DNA of 41,603 nucleotides from Conidiobolus incongruus B7586 (Eukaryota): NCBI GenBank assembly GCA_000697335.1, contig JNEM01012248.1, positions 1 to 41,603 of the forward strand, read 5' to 3'. Shown piece by piece: positions 1 to 12,813 of this stretch (position 1 is its first letter; each line of letters starts with the position of its first letter). The notes under the pieces were generated by a model. It saw only the letters and a program-made list of their open reading frames with translations, ran no database searches and was not told where the DNA came from. The position numbers and the translations under genes were made by a program.

Positions 1-412
1 CAATATAATTTGAGAAGACCTATTATTTTGCATGATAATTGCAAAATACATAAATCTAAAGTTGTAAAAAACTTTCTAATTAAAAATAACTGGAAAGAAC
101 TACCACATCCAGTATATTCCCCAGATTATAACCCATGTGATTATAATTGTTTTGGGCAATTAAAAAACCAGCTTGCAGGAAAGAAAATTTCTGCAGGAAA
201 ATTTAATTGGTTTGTGAAACATCAAATTTCAGTCCTTAATAAAAAGAACTGTTTTTTAGGTGTTAGATCTTTGCCAAAAGTATGGCAAAAAGTTATTAGA
301 AATAAAGGAAATTATTAATTTTATATTATATATTTATTTTTACTTTGTATATATTAAAATGTTTATTTTTTTTCAATCGCAAAAAATTCCCATTATTTAA
401 ATTACAAAGTAA
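1..412 (+). mobile_element. Mariner (DD34D) DNA transposon, 3' part, cut by window start
   Basis: Open frame 10-318 has ILHDN...PHPVYSPDYNPCDY, with 34 residues between the HDN Asp and the PCDY Asp. Right end ccattatttaaattacaaagtaa|ta (~390-414) resembles the TIR of the neighbouring copy. Confidence 0.9.
10..318 (+). CDS. Mariner transposase C-terminal catalytic fragment (partial; the TTG start is an ORF-calling artefact)
   Basis: HDN and YSPDxxPxDY mariner motifs; frame is open to the stop at 318. Confidence 0.75.
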   Translation: MRRPIILHDNCKIHKSKVVKNFLIKNNWKELPHPVYSPDYNPCDYNCFGQLKNQLAGKKISAGKFNWFVKHQISVLNKKNCFLGVRSLPKVWQKVIRNKGNY

Positions 413-857
413 TATTTCAAAATTTGAATATAAATTTGATTTTACTAATTGAAAAAAAACACTTAATAATAAAAATTTTATATAAAAAATTTGATCAATT
501 AAAAATATAATATTCAGATATTCAGTGGTGAGTATTCATATTATATTTAGGTACAGTGTCATATCATTTTAACAGATTTTAATTCAAAATTTAATGGATT
601 TGATTCTAAAGAGTATGAGAAATTTTTAGTTTTTTTTTGAATATGATCAAATTAAAATATCAGATTGATTTATTTTTAAATATTTTTAGTTATAATATAT
701 AAAATTAAATTTTAAAAGCTATAATATTAATATATATAGGGCTAATATTTAATTACTCAAATATCAAAATACTCATGTTTTTTAGTGATTATCATAATGT
801 ATCTAAAAGCATTTGATTTATCAATTTATATTGAAATTGATTAATTTTATTAATTTA

Positions 858-2177
858 TTAGCATGGAAATTAAGAAATGGCAAATTTTTTAATTTTTAAT
901 CTTTCAAACATATTATACATTTTGAAAAATTATATATATATATTTAAGATATATAGGAAAATAAATATTTTCAAACTATATATATATATATTCAATTTTA
1001 ATTATTTTTTTATTAAAATATTTTGATTTTAAAATTTATATTTAAATTTAATTATATTTAAACTAAATTGTGATTATCAAAAGGTTTTTATTTTTGTATC
1101 TTTAAAACTTAATTATAAACCCTCTAAAATCATCTAAAACTTACAAACAGTTTATAAAGATAGTGTTTTATTTAAAACTACCATATATTGCTAGATTTGT
1201 GATTTTAAAGCTAGAAGGAACATTGTTTAAAATTTATCAAAATCTAAAAGACTAATTATTATTATTATTTTTTTACTTATTAATAAAAAATATATATTAA
1301 GAAATACCTTTTTATTTCTGTTAAAGAACTATTAAATTAATTTAATATTAATTATACAAGCATGTTATATTTATTTAAGTTTAAACTTAAATTAATTAAT
1401 AAAAATATAAAATAGATACCTTATAATTTAATAGAAGCTTAAAAGAAAATTAAAGTAGCTATAGCTAAATTAAACTTATTAAAGTATAACTAAAAACAAA
1501 GGTTTTTACAGTGAATATTTATAATTGATGAATTTTAAATTCTTTTATATAATCTTTTACTTAAAAATAAAACAAGATGTTAGGTTAAGCTAAATCAATC
1601 CTTTTTATAAATTCTAATAAATAAATACTTTAAATATAAGTGAATATTAATTATTATAATAGATTATAATAATATATAATTTTCTTATTTAATACCTCAA
1701 GGAAAATTAATTAATAGTAAATTATATATTACTTTTTTAAATAAAATAATTTTTAAATGATGTTTTTAATATAAATTAAAGACACCTATTATTTTACATG
1801 ATAATTATAAAATATATAAAGTTAAAGCTATAAAAGATTTTTTATATAAAAAAAATTAGAGGGAGTTACTATATCTGGTATATTCATTTGATTATAACCT
1901 ATATAATTATAATTGTTTTAGACAATTAAAAAAACAACTTACAGGAAAAAAAATTCCTGCAAACAAATTAAATTGGTTTGTGAAACATCAAATTTCAGTC
2001 TTTAATAAAAAGAACTGTTTTTTGGTATTAGAAACTTACTAAAGGTATAGAAAAAAGTTATTAATAATAAAAGAGGCTATTAATTTTATATTATTCATTA
2101 ATTTTTATACATTATTTATTAATTTATTTGTTTAATTTTAATTTTAAAATTGTACCATTATTTAATTTCTGCACTAA
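858..2177 (+). mobile_element. Full-length (~1.32 kb) degenerate mariner element
   Basis: Imperfect TIRs ta|ttagcatggaaattaagaaatgg (856-) and ccattatttaatttctgcactaa|ta (-2179) with TA flanks. 1777-2083 aligns to 10-318. Decayed WVPHEL-like (~1411) and FL.RI.T.DE-like (~1503-1530) motifs; many stops. Confidence 0.85.
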
Positions 2178-3304
2178 TATTAAATTATTCAAAATGTTTA
2201 TCTGTTCCACAATAAAATAATTAAAAATGGTGAAGATTGTAAACAAGTTCAAAAATGAAAAAAAGTAATTAGTAGAAAATACAAAATTATATAATAGACA
2301 ACCCTTCACAAATTGTTATGGTGCTGTGAAAGTAATAAATTATTTAATTTTCTCATCAATTACAAATAGAATAAGTATCAATACCAAAATCTCATTTTTT
2401 GATATTAAGTGTTAACCTGATTATTTTTTCATCTGAAATATTTTATTGAATGGACTTTAGTGACAAATCCGACTAAATTTTTACTTTAAAAGTACAAGGG
2501 TGTTGGAATTTGATTAAATCTAATGTCATGATAACCTTATTTTATTAAACATTTAAAAACAAATGTCATTAATTACAATTTTCACTGATGTAGCTTTCAA
2601 AGAGCTACTACAATTATTTTTCCAGAAATGCGAGCTGTGATGACTTACAGAAACAAGCTAACAAAGAGGGGAGAAGTCCTCGGATGACAGCAGTAGTTAC
2701 TCTGTGATCATAATATTGAGTATGATATGAAATAAGAGGATTCATGCGAAGTAGAATAGATGATTAATTAATGTCAAATGATACGAATCTTATTACTAGT
2801 AGAGAGAACAAAGGAAGTAGGAGGGAAAAAGGATAATCATTAGTCAATAGAAATCGAAGCTGGAGCGAAACCTTATTAAGGTGAGCATTTGGGATATTAT
2901 ACTATTCATGGATTCTAGGTTAGGGTACGATGTTGAGGGGATGAGCAATATGTATTATTTCAAGTCATGGCAATCGTTAAAAATATTTCAATTTATATAT
3001 AATTTTGTACCTAAATATTAATACACATCCATCGTGAGTTTAGCGATTAAATCAATTATATTCCTATTTTGCCATATTAAAAATCAAACAATTTTTGAGT
3101 TTAAAGTTAACCAAATTACTTATGGTTAAGTAGTGAACTCTACTCCTTCCCTTTATTTTGCAAATACATTAAAATTAAAAAAAATCAACAATATTTCTCA
3201 GGGAATTAGATTCTATAGAGCTATAATACTATAATTTGAAACTGTTTGCTATTTAACTTATTATCTTTATATGTAAAGCAATTTGTTCATATTTCCAAGT
3301 AGAA

Positions 3305-4339
3305 TTAATTTTGTAAATTAACAAATGCTCTGCCAGGATGTGGAACCTTAATAACATCGACACAGCCTTTGCCGACCCCTCTAGGAGTGCTTCTGCCACA
3401 TCGACCTACAATATGCAAAATATCTCCTTTGGGACCCCCAAATTCAAGATTAGTAGGATAATCAAAATTCAATTTGATCTTATTAATAATTTGGCCTTGG
3501 GGATTAAGTACAGTAATCTGAGATGATCCATATCTAGTAACATAGAGATTACCTTTAATATCAAGGCGCATACCATCAATCCATGATGACGCAGAATTAT
3601 CCAGTTGATCAAAATCGGCGAATAGAGTCTTATTAGCTAATGTGAAATCTTCAAGGATTTTATACTTCCAAATTTTCTGTACAATGGGCACCATTTTATC
3701 ACAATGAGATTCTGATACCAACAAATATTGGTCATCCATGGTCAATTCAACACCATTTGTAAGACCCATTTCATCTAGTAGCTGAACAGTGCCATCGTTC
3801 TTACAAACCCACAGGTCGCCACTTTTATTCGTAGTGGTTGGAGAATATCCCCAGCCTGTCAAGTAGACAGCATTTCCCGATTGACTTATAGCAATGTCAT
3901 TAGGATGAATAAATCTAGAATCTTTACAAAAATCATTTTGAGCCACCGGATTGCCACGATCATCCAATCTCACTTTAATTACACGATGATTCATCAAGTC
4001 AGCCAAATATACAGTGTTTTTGTCAACAAAGCGAATACCGTTAATATACGAATTTTTGTGATTGTCAACATATAAAGATTGCTGACTACCACTAACTCTG
4101 CCTATCTCAATGGGTGGGAATTGGTTGTAAGATGAAGCGAAGAATTCTCCCTTATAGTTGACAGATGCACCTTCAATCCAAGAAGTGAATTTGGAAGTCT
4201 GTATGGTTATCAAAGGATAGACGAATCCAGTGGGAACAATTTGGTCCAAATCATGAAGAGATAATGCATCAAGATTGAGGAAGGATTGGACCAAGTCAAA
4301 ATAAATTAAAATGGAAGTGATGAAATGAATTAGTAACAT
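3305..4339 (-). CDS. Secreted SMP-30/gluconolactonase/LRE family six-bladed beta-propeller hydrolase, 344 aa
   Basis: Hydrophobic N-terminal signal-like peptide. Family motifs IEG, NGIRF, PNDIAI, NGVEL, IDGMRLD..GNLYV, PTNLEFGG..G. GC elevated over flanks. Confidence 0.9.
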   Translation of the reverse strand: MLLIHFITSILIYFDLVQSFLNLDALSLHDLDQIVPTGFVYPLITIQTSKFTSWIEGASVNYKGEFFASSYNQFPPIEIGRVSGSQQSLYVDNHKNSYINGIRFVDKNTVYLADLMNHRVIKVRLDDRGNPVAQNDFCKDSRFIHPNDIAISQSGNAVYLTGWGYSPTTTNKSGDLWVCKNDGTVQLLDEMGLTNGVELTMDDQYLLVSESHCDKMVPIVQKIWKYKILEDFTLANKTLFADFDQLDNSASSWIDGMRLDIKGNLYVTRYGSSQITVLNPQGQIINKIKLNFDYPTNLEFGGPKGDILHIVGRCGRSTPRGVGKGCVDVIKVPHPGRAFVNLQN

Positions 4340-4789
4340 TTAGATTGATATTACCTTAATACTACTTGATAATTATTATTAAATCAAATCAAATCAAATT
4401 TAATTAAAATTTATATTGAATTTTTAAATCCTTAAATACCTATAAATTTCAAAGTGATTACGTGTACAAAAATTTATATATATTATATAATTTTCAAATT
4501 AGAAAAAATTTTTACCAATTAAAGAAATTCAATAAATTTTATTTAATAAAAAAAAGAATAAGGTAAAATTTATTAAAATTAAAACAATTATATATATTAT
4601 AATTTAATTAATATTATTAATAATAAATTAATTTCGATCCGAAATAATTTTTATTAAAAAAATTTTTTTATATTAATATTATTATTATTATAAAAATTAA
4701 TTAAAATCTAATATAAATATTTTTGTATACTATAATTGAATAAAGTAATTTGAATTTAATAAAGACTATTGATAAATATTTATTTATAT

Positions 4790-5200
4790 ATTATATATTG
4801 AACTTATAAACTCTTTATTAATCTATGAATTCTATATTTAAATTATGTTAAATATTTCTAAGATATATTGATATTATTTGATGGATAATTTATTTAATAT
4901 TCAAAATTCCCAAAATAGAGTTGATTTATTACTTTGACTAAAATAAAATTTAATTTATTTAATTTCATATTCAATTAATTTTCTTTATATAATTTAATTT
5001 AGTTAATAGTGGTTTTATTATTGAAAAATTAGTTGAAATTTCAAAGAACTTTGCTTAAATCTAACACATATTTAAAGAAATTAATGATATTATTATTATT
5101 ACTATTATTATTATTAATGTGAAATTTTAAAATATCTACCTTATAATTTAATAACTCATTCAAACTAAGCTCATAAAATTTAATATTATTAGGTATAATG
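4790..5200 (+). mobile_element. Possible highly decayed mariner transposase fragment
   Basis: taccttataatttaata (~5137) matches the decayed WVPHEL region of the 858-2177 copy (~1417); weaker similarity upstream. Confidence 0.3.
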
Positions 5201-5312
5201 ATTGTATTAAAATAATTTAAATAATTTAAATTATTTAAATTATTTTGATTTATTATTAATTATTAAAAAACTGTCATTGAGTATTTTAGTCAAGTTGTAA
5301 AAATTTACTATT

Positions 5313-5447
5313 TCACTTATTCGCTTTTGGCTCGATTTCTGATTCGATTTCTGGTGAATCAAATTCAGTAAAACATTTGAACTTGGGGGATTTTAATGGA
5401 ATAAAAAGAAAAATAAACACCTACTATTACCTCTTCTTTTGCATATT
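5313..5447 (-). repeat. Dispersed ~130-bp element, copy 1 (putative spliced 3' exons of a small gene)
   Basis: Aligns to 11424-11548 and 40311-40430. Minus strand reads YAKEEVI | GTAGGT...AAG | FKCFTEFDSPEIESEIEPKANK*. Confidence 0.7.
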
Positions 5448-6299
5448 CTATTAATTATTACTATTGTTGTTAATGTGTATTGTTGACATTTCCATATTAT
5501 TGGATAAATAGTTATTGTTTAATATAACACGTATAACTTTAATTTTGTATAAAATTAATTAATAACCAAATTTTGATGATTTTTTATATTAATAAAATTT
5601 ATGTAATCATCTTTTTTTATTTTTTTTAACTATTCTTTGCTAATTATATTCAACAATTATAGTCTTATCACTATTTAATTTGATTTTAATTTGGCTTTAA
5701 TGAAGTCTAGTATAAATTACTGATAAATTAAATCTATATATATATACGTATTATCAAACATAGGTTATAAAGAGTCATTTACAAAATTGATTTACATTTT
5801 TGAAATTTTAATTATAAAGAAGTCATTTGATATATTATTTTAATAACTTTCAATTATAATTATACTATTTAATATTATAAAATTTTAAATTTAATTAATA
5901 TCAATTTCATATTATGGACCAATATTGATTACAAAAATGTCTTTATAATAATTAATTATTAAATATATTAGAAAATACTTTTATTATAAATATTCTAAAT
6001 ATTATTACCCAACTGGATATAATTATTTATTTAGTATAAATCTTGATATATTAAGAATTTACAAATATAGAGGTATAAGAATTAATTATTAAATTAGTGA
6101 AAATAAAACTTTATAAACTTTTTAATTATTAATACAGTAATAAGATTTCAAAATGATAAAAATCTAAAAAGGAAATTAATGATTATTTGGATGCAATTTA
6201 TTCTATATTCAGGATATTATATTAAAAAAAACATAATTTTCTAACAAAAAGCTATGTAATCAATCAATATGATTTGTAGTATTGTTGTATTTTAAAATT

Positions 6300-6490
6300 A
6301 ATCATCTCTTCCAGTTTGATAACTAAACCAATATTATTTCTATTTTAAGCTGGCTTTGTCAGTCTATAATTGAAGGATACTCTTTGTTCTCTTTATTTTC
6401 TTTATTGGATTTTATCCAAATCCCATATCATTCATTGATTCAATTATTTAAACCTACAGTCCCGATACGTTAAAGAGCAGCATTAATAAA
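6300..6490 (+). repeat. Diverged duplicate of 21020-21290 (unknown gene relic)
   Basis: 6455-6488 matches the reverse complement of 21021-21054 at 31/34 nt; also shares tttatccaaatcc and ca.tttgata blocks. Confidence 0.7.
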
Positions 6491-8087
6491 TAATTTACTA
6501 AATCATATTTTGAGTACTTTTCTAACTACCATCTTTATTTATAAAACTTAATATAAAACACAACAGTATTACTGTTATTTATCATTTGAGCTTAATATTT
6601 GGTATCATAATTTACATTTACTATAACTTTTTATTGATGCTATTATTTCTATGTATTTTGATTTAATATAGTTAAATCAAAATATGCAATTTATGATTTA
6701 GTCTACCCCAACATTTTCAATCTAGGTTACACTATTGGAATTTCATTGTAAGTTGAATATATTATTCATTCTGTATACTATTATATGGATTATATTAAAA
6801 TAAGATAATTTTTATAATTTAATGATAATTTGAAATAGTCCAATAAAGTTGAAATATACATAATAATATCAAATACCTTATTTATTAGTTTAAATTCCAA
6901 TATTATGATTTACAAAATCATAGATGGTACAAAATGCAAGTTAATGCAAATCGGATGAAAATTAGGCAAAAAATACTCAAAATCTCAAAATTACCCCACT
7001 CTTAGCATGATAATCTACTTCAATCTACGAGAAAATGAAAACAGTTACAGGATTCAACCTAAATAAGGTCATCTATCAATCTAACTATGATAATATGGTA
7101 TATTCTGTAACATACAATGTTAAAGTTTTCAAAATGACCAGTGCGTTATTAAAGCAATGAGTCATAATGAATGACATCAAATTCCATTTTCATAAATATT
7201 AAATATTTGGATTTTATGAACTATTGAATATGGTACATTAAGTGTTAGGTTGAATAATAAAGAGTAAAATTCAAACATTATGATATAGTGATTGTTGAAA
7301 TATTAGTATAGCACTCAATATACTAACCCAGTCTAGTTACATCAAATATGAAAATAATCTCATTATCAACAAATTAATATGTTTTGTATTCAACATGAAG
7401 TCATCCATCAAAAGCACTTTCATATGATATTTGGTGTGGAAGACAAATTTAGAAATTACCATTTGGAATGTAAATAGACTAGTAAATGTCACAACTCTGA
7501 TAAAACTTGATTTTAACTCCCTTCGTTGTACAAATGATCAAAGTCTAAAAGTTATCCTGTTCAACTGTAACCATGATCATTTCTGTATTAGCAAAGCTTA
7601 ACTATTGGAAATTTGATCAAATCGATAAGACAAGTAACTTGATGCAAGTTTGACAGATAGATTGCAGTCAATTGAATTTATGCAGTTATATACCATACAG
7701 TTAGAAATTAGTTCACTGTGGATATGTCATCAGTATATTTCAATTAGACTAATTATTACAATCAATGTTCTGTAACTATGTCAACTATCTATAAGTTTGA
7801 ATGTATGGACTTTGGATAATACAAGAGATGATATCAAATAAATATAAGTTGATTGATTATAAAAATCACTTTGAGTTAGTGTTGTATTGAAATACTCTGT
7901 CTTATTTGCTACAATCCTTCTTAAATTGTTTAGATATTGAAAGTAGATGTTAAGATCCGAGCTGATTGAAGTTTTCACTTACACCAATTGATATATGTTG
8001 AATTCCTTTTGTCCGAGCTGTGTCAATTGTGTTATCCTTTATCGAATCTCGTGAAAAGAGTTTAGACAGCGTAGGCAATCTACTGAA

Positions 8088-8096
8088 TATAAATAT
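8088..8096 (+). promoter_or_regulatory. Candidate TATA box (TATAAATAT)
   Basis: 84 bp upstream of the 8172 ATG; the same 9-mer lies 71-72 bp upstream of both MFS genes. Weak in this AT-rich background. Confidence 0.4.
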
Positions 8097-8171
8097 GAGG
8101 TCAACAATTATTATATTCTACAATCAATTCAATAATATTGATAATTCCAATTAAATCATTGAAACTCAAGA

Positions 8172-8732
8172 ATGCCTGTTCAAGTCGCAATTCCATTAGC
8201 AACAACCGGATTAACTGCAGCTGCTGGTATGACCATATTCGGATGGGCCGCAGTAGTCGTAGTTCCTGGAACACTTGCCGTCTTTGCTACCATTGCTTGG
8301 CTCAAGTCCGAGAAAATTATTAAACGCTCCTTTGAAAATCCAATTGCCGTTTTACACTGTCGAACTAAATCCTTGGGAGACTACAATCAAGATATTGACC
8401 ATATTAACCAAGTTTTCGAGAATGTTGTATTGAGCCATGTTTATCAATGCTATAATGGTGAGTTGTGCTTCTCAGCTGAAGGAGAAAAAGATAAGCTTAC
8501 AATGTATTCATTCAACAAGATTAAGAAAGGAGATTTGGAAGTTGATGTCAAGCCTGTGTACTGCAAGTATGAAGGTCATGAGCAATTAGAATGTGCTGAT
8601 TGGGGAAATATGTCGATGTTAGAAGACAAATACTGTAGAAATCCTCAAAATATTTACATCAATGACCAACACTTCAATAATAGAACTCAAATTCCTGATG
8701 AAAATAGATTTAAGAGAGTTATGACCGTTTAA
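8172..8732 (+). CDS. Hypothetical 186-aa protein: Ala/Gly/Val-rich hydrophobic N-terminus (1-2 TM segments) plus a 6-Cys soluble domain
   Basis: ATG-initiated ORF, GC-enriched, preceded by a TATA-like motif, present in two copies. No family recognised. Confidence 0.8.
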   Translation: MPVQVAIPLATTGLTAAAGMTIFGWAAVVVVPGTLAVFATIAWLKSEKIIKRSFENPIAVLHCRTKSLGDYNQDIDHINQVFENVVLSHVYQCYNGELCFSAEGEKDKLTMYSFNKIKKGDLEVDVKPVYCKYEGHEQLECADWGNMSMLEDKYCRNPQNIYINDQHFNNRTQIPDENRFKRVMTV

Positions 8733-9479
8733 TAAATTTACTATTCTTTATATATTTTTATAAATTGAAATTCCAAAATTTTATATTATATAGATCCCGT
8801 TACTAATAAATTACTCGATATCCAACTATAGTTTACTATAATTCAACTATTTTAAATAATATGACAAAACATATCTTTGAATTGCATTTTGATTGAATCG
8901 AGATCATTTTTAATATTTCACAAATTAATAATTGTATCTTTTGTTTATAATAAATTTTAGATTTACTATATCACAACTATGCAATATTTGCAATAATAAA
9001 TTCTTTAAAAACTTTGGCATTGTGATACCTTCTAAATACATAAGGAAAATTCTTTGAATTAGTACAGTATAAGTTAGAAACATTACATTGAAAATTGATA
9101 AATATCGAGATTTTGAATCACTATGTTAATACAATTACTAAATACTTGTCTTTTATTCTCACTAAATTTCTCATTTTCTTCAATATATTGATATTTAAGT
9201 AAGTATCAAACGATATAATTTATAATTTATCAAAACCTTAATTTAGTGTACACTATAGAATTTTAATATTAGCATTTAACAATAATATACTATTCGTGGT
9301 TTAGTCTTTTTAGATTATTCATTAGTTTGAAGCGATAAATTCATAAATTTACAAATTAGAAACATCCATATCGTTGTGTTTTATAATAAGTTTTTTCAAT
9401 AAAGTTGATTGATAGTAAATTATTTAAATACTTGATACTGTGAATGATATATCTAACAAAATATATTGGCTTAACTATC

Positions 9480-9780
9480 CAATCGAGATGGACGCTTAAT
9501 TTTGAAATGCAACATAATAATTGTTAATATCAATTACAATCAGTTAAAAGCTGAAGATTCTTTAGTGATGTTCAAAATAAATGACTGAGATTAACAAAAT
9601 TAAACCAATCCTCTTACACAATCACTTTGTTCAGGAAGGTATAATCAAGAAACGGTGGACATCTTGCCACAATTAATGCAAAATCCCATAGAGACATATT
9701 AACAGGATTTATCCATCATAATTATGTTATAAAACCTTGGATCCCAAGCTTTTGAAGGATTACTTTCGGACCACATTCAA
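9480..9780 (+). pseudogene. Fructosamine-3-kinase-family remnant (most decayed copy)
   Basis: ATT AAA CCA ATC CTC TTA CAC (IKPILLH) at 9599. ggatttatccatcat (~9705) is identical to the DLSIM region of the 19720-20590 copy, with continuing downstream similarity. Confidence 0.6.
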
Positions 9781-11423
9781 AAAATGATCAGTAATAGAGT
9801 TGAAATAATTCATGAAATTTGTATTATTATATCAAAAGGTTAAATCATGTTGGGAGATTATAGATATATTTCTAAGTATTCGATGATCAAGTTCTATTAG
9901 TTTTTTAATACAGAATAAATGATGTTTTATCATGAACTGAAAATATTGTGAACATTAAAACATTAAATATATTATTATTTAATCTGTATGATTTAATACA
10001 TCAGTTCAATAACCTTCACCCAAGATATACTTTAAATTGTTGATATTTAATGCAAGTTTAGGAAGCATTCTACTATCATTATATATACCTCCCCATACTA
10101 TTTGAATACCTAGGGATAATTTTTTCTTTCGAATTTAACCATCTAAGCTTTTAGTCTTAACTAAATTTGGATATTAATCAATTTTATAATTATCGTGAAA
10201 ACATTTTAAAATCTAGAATTGTATTTCTGTGATCAAACAACATATATATTTTATACTATTTCACTTTAAAAAATACATATTTCTTTAAAAAATCAATATT
10301 TTTTTAAATCTATGATACAAATAATTTGATATTTTGAACTCAAATGCTAATATACATTATTCAATAAATACTCCTTTATCAAGATAAATTTGGCCATTAT
10401 CGAGTATTAGCATGTAATATTAAGAGATAAAATTAATAGATAAATTTTATTTAATAAATTCAATAAATCTTACATTAATCTTGATTTTGACAATTATTAA
10501 TAATTTCATAAGTCAAAAATATCTGTCTAAAATTGATTTTTCGAATATTTTTTTTGCCATCATGGCCCTAACTATGTTAAAAATGGAATATCATAGTTAT
10601 TGAATAGAAAATTCACATGTTAATAATATTGAATCATTGAAAATTGAATCTAGTATGTTTATTTAATTCAACTTATGTGGATTCGCAACCTCTTGGAATT
10701 GAATCATCAATATTAATTCATTACATTTATCAAAATAATCAATTAAACAATATCAAATTGGGAGAAATAAATGTTTTCTTCTAGATATAACACTAAATGG
10801 AATTGGAAAAATTAAACATACAAAAAATTGCTCATATTATATCAAGCATACTTGTACTAATATTAGAATTTTATTAACAACCAGATTAGTTTTCATATTC
10901 TTTCAAATTAAATACAAATTTTCATGGAAATATTTTAATAATTATAAAATAAAATACTTGATTTCTTGGCTCCGGTTATTATTTTTTCGAACCTTATTAT
11001 TAAATCAGAATATTTATATTTTTCTAATTTCAATTTTTATATTGATGAACAAACTAATATTGTTTATATGTAAATAATTTGTAGCAATAATCAGAGTAAT
11101 TTGATTACCAAAATATATGGTAAAATACAATATTTTATATAATAGCATCACCTCTAAATATAATATAATTAATAAGTGATATAAAGTTTAGAAGTTAGAA
11201 AATGATACTATGAGGAAATTACTGATAATTTTTGTATAAGTTTTAATGTTAATTAAAATTAGAAAGATATATTTTATAATTCGACCAAAATTTCAAATTA
11301 CCCATTATATTTGATATATATTTATATTGCTATTAAATTATATTAATTCAAATTACTTAGATATATTCATAATCATCATAAAATTATACTGTATATCTTA
11401 TTCAGGTTGAAGAATTCACCATT

Positions 11424-11548
11424 TTACTTGTTCACTCTTGGATCGATGCCTGTTGAATTAAATTCAGTTGCACATCTGAATTTGATGTGCTTTAATAGAA
11501 TAAAAAGAAAAATAATCACTTACTATTGCCTCTTCTTTTGCATATTTC
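11424..11548 (-). repeat. Dispersed ~130-bp element, copy 2
   Basis: Minus strand: cattag | KYAKEEAI | GTAAGT...TAAAG | HIKFRCATEFNSTGIDPRVNK*. Confidence 0.7.
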
Positions 11549-12813
11549 TCTAATGAATATTATTTATTTAATTTATTTCTGTTTGTGTTCTATATTATCA
11601 ATAATTATTTTTTAATATATTATATTAAAATAAAAATAACTTGTAGAAAGAATAGAATATTAAACCGTTTAATTCGTTTAATCTGTATAATCATACCTTT
11701 AAATTTAATATATAACCTGTTAATTATTTCAATATATTTATACTATTTACTAACTTCATATACAATAAATAATTCACATTATCGAAATGAATCCTTTATT
11801 TAACAGATAAATTAATGAAATCATGAATTTAAATGATAAATTAATAATGAGTCTATATAATACTGATATAACAAAAAATTAATAATGATTAACATATAAA
11901 GTTATGTAAAATTAATATATACTAAAAGTAATAACATTAACTGATATTACTAAATTATTATAATTTAATATAAACTTGACAAAAAATATTTGTCAAATGA
12001 TGATTTCAAAATATTCTGAAATTATTATTTAGCTATTTGATAAATTTCATTTAAATACTACACATAATAATTTTATTACAATAATTATACGCAGTATTAT
12101 CCTATGTCGTATTGAATTCTGATGCAATGTATAAATCATAATCCCGATATTATGGAACTTGAATTATGAACAACAATACATTGAAATATTCGCATAAGTT
12201 AGATTTGGTTTTCAAAAATATTATCAAATTATTTAAAGTCATGATCAAAATAAAAGATAATTTATTTAGTGGGTATTGCAATTGAACTCATATAATAATT
12301 TTCATCCAAATTTAAAAAGCTTTTTTGAGTGAAAAAAAATCACATAAAGGAATGACTTTATATCCTCGTAATAGATTATAGATTATGTATCACATTCAAG
12401 ATTATAAGGTTTTGACTAAGGATAGTAAAGTGAAAACATTAATGAATCAATATGGATCACAATGAATAAACATATTCAAAATAGAAGTGAGACATAATAT
12501 TATTATTACTTAAAATCAACTAATCAAAATATCATAAGTTCAATTATGAATATAGTTGATATAAGAGTATTAGTGATATTAAATATAAAATAGAAGATCA
12601 AAATTATTTTAAATCAATCCATTATTGATATAAATAATTTTTTTGATAAAATATTCTAATAAAAATTGAATTTTTCAAAATATAAAATTGTATATTTAAT
12701 TATTTTTTGAAATTCATAATATTATATTGATAATTTATATCCAAATTTTAAGAGATAGTAAATAAATAAACCCATTGAATATTGAATAGCTTAAAAATAG
12801 ATAGTTATATAAA

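Larger units (their letters stand above)
6945..8749 (+). repeat. Left arm of a 1805-bp near-perfect inverted duplication
   Basis: Reverse complement of 12814-14618. Paired coordinates always sum to 21563, so no net indels. The only difference noticed is GTT/ATT in the last codon. Confidence 0.97.

Noticed and set aside
2124..2309. 61-aa minus-strand ORF
   Set aside because: Low-complexity AT-rich ORF overlapping the mariner TIR; no coding signal.
3338..4075. Two short + strand ORFs
   Set aside because: Antisense shadows of the lactonase CDS.
7035..7760. Possible decayed gene (kinase-like words such as KYLDF, VIH, DIW) in the duplicated arm
   Set aside because: Motifs are too short and scattered across frames to support a call.
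7781..8323. ORFs 7781-7978 and 8138-8323 (and mirrors 13585-13782, 13240-13425)
   Set aside because: Non-ATG starts, short, and one overlaps the 186-aa gene out of frame. Duplicated only because they lie in the arm.
11585..11803. 72-aa ORF
   Set aside because: I/N/Y/L-rich product typical of random AT-rich DNA.
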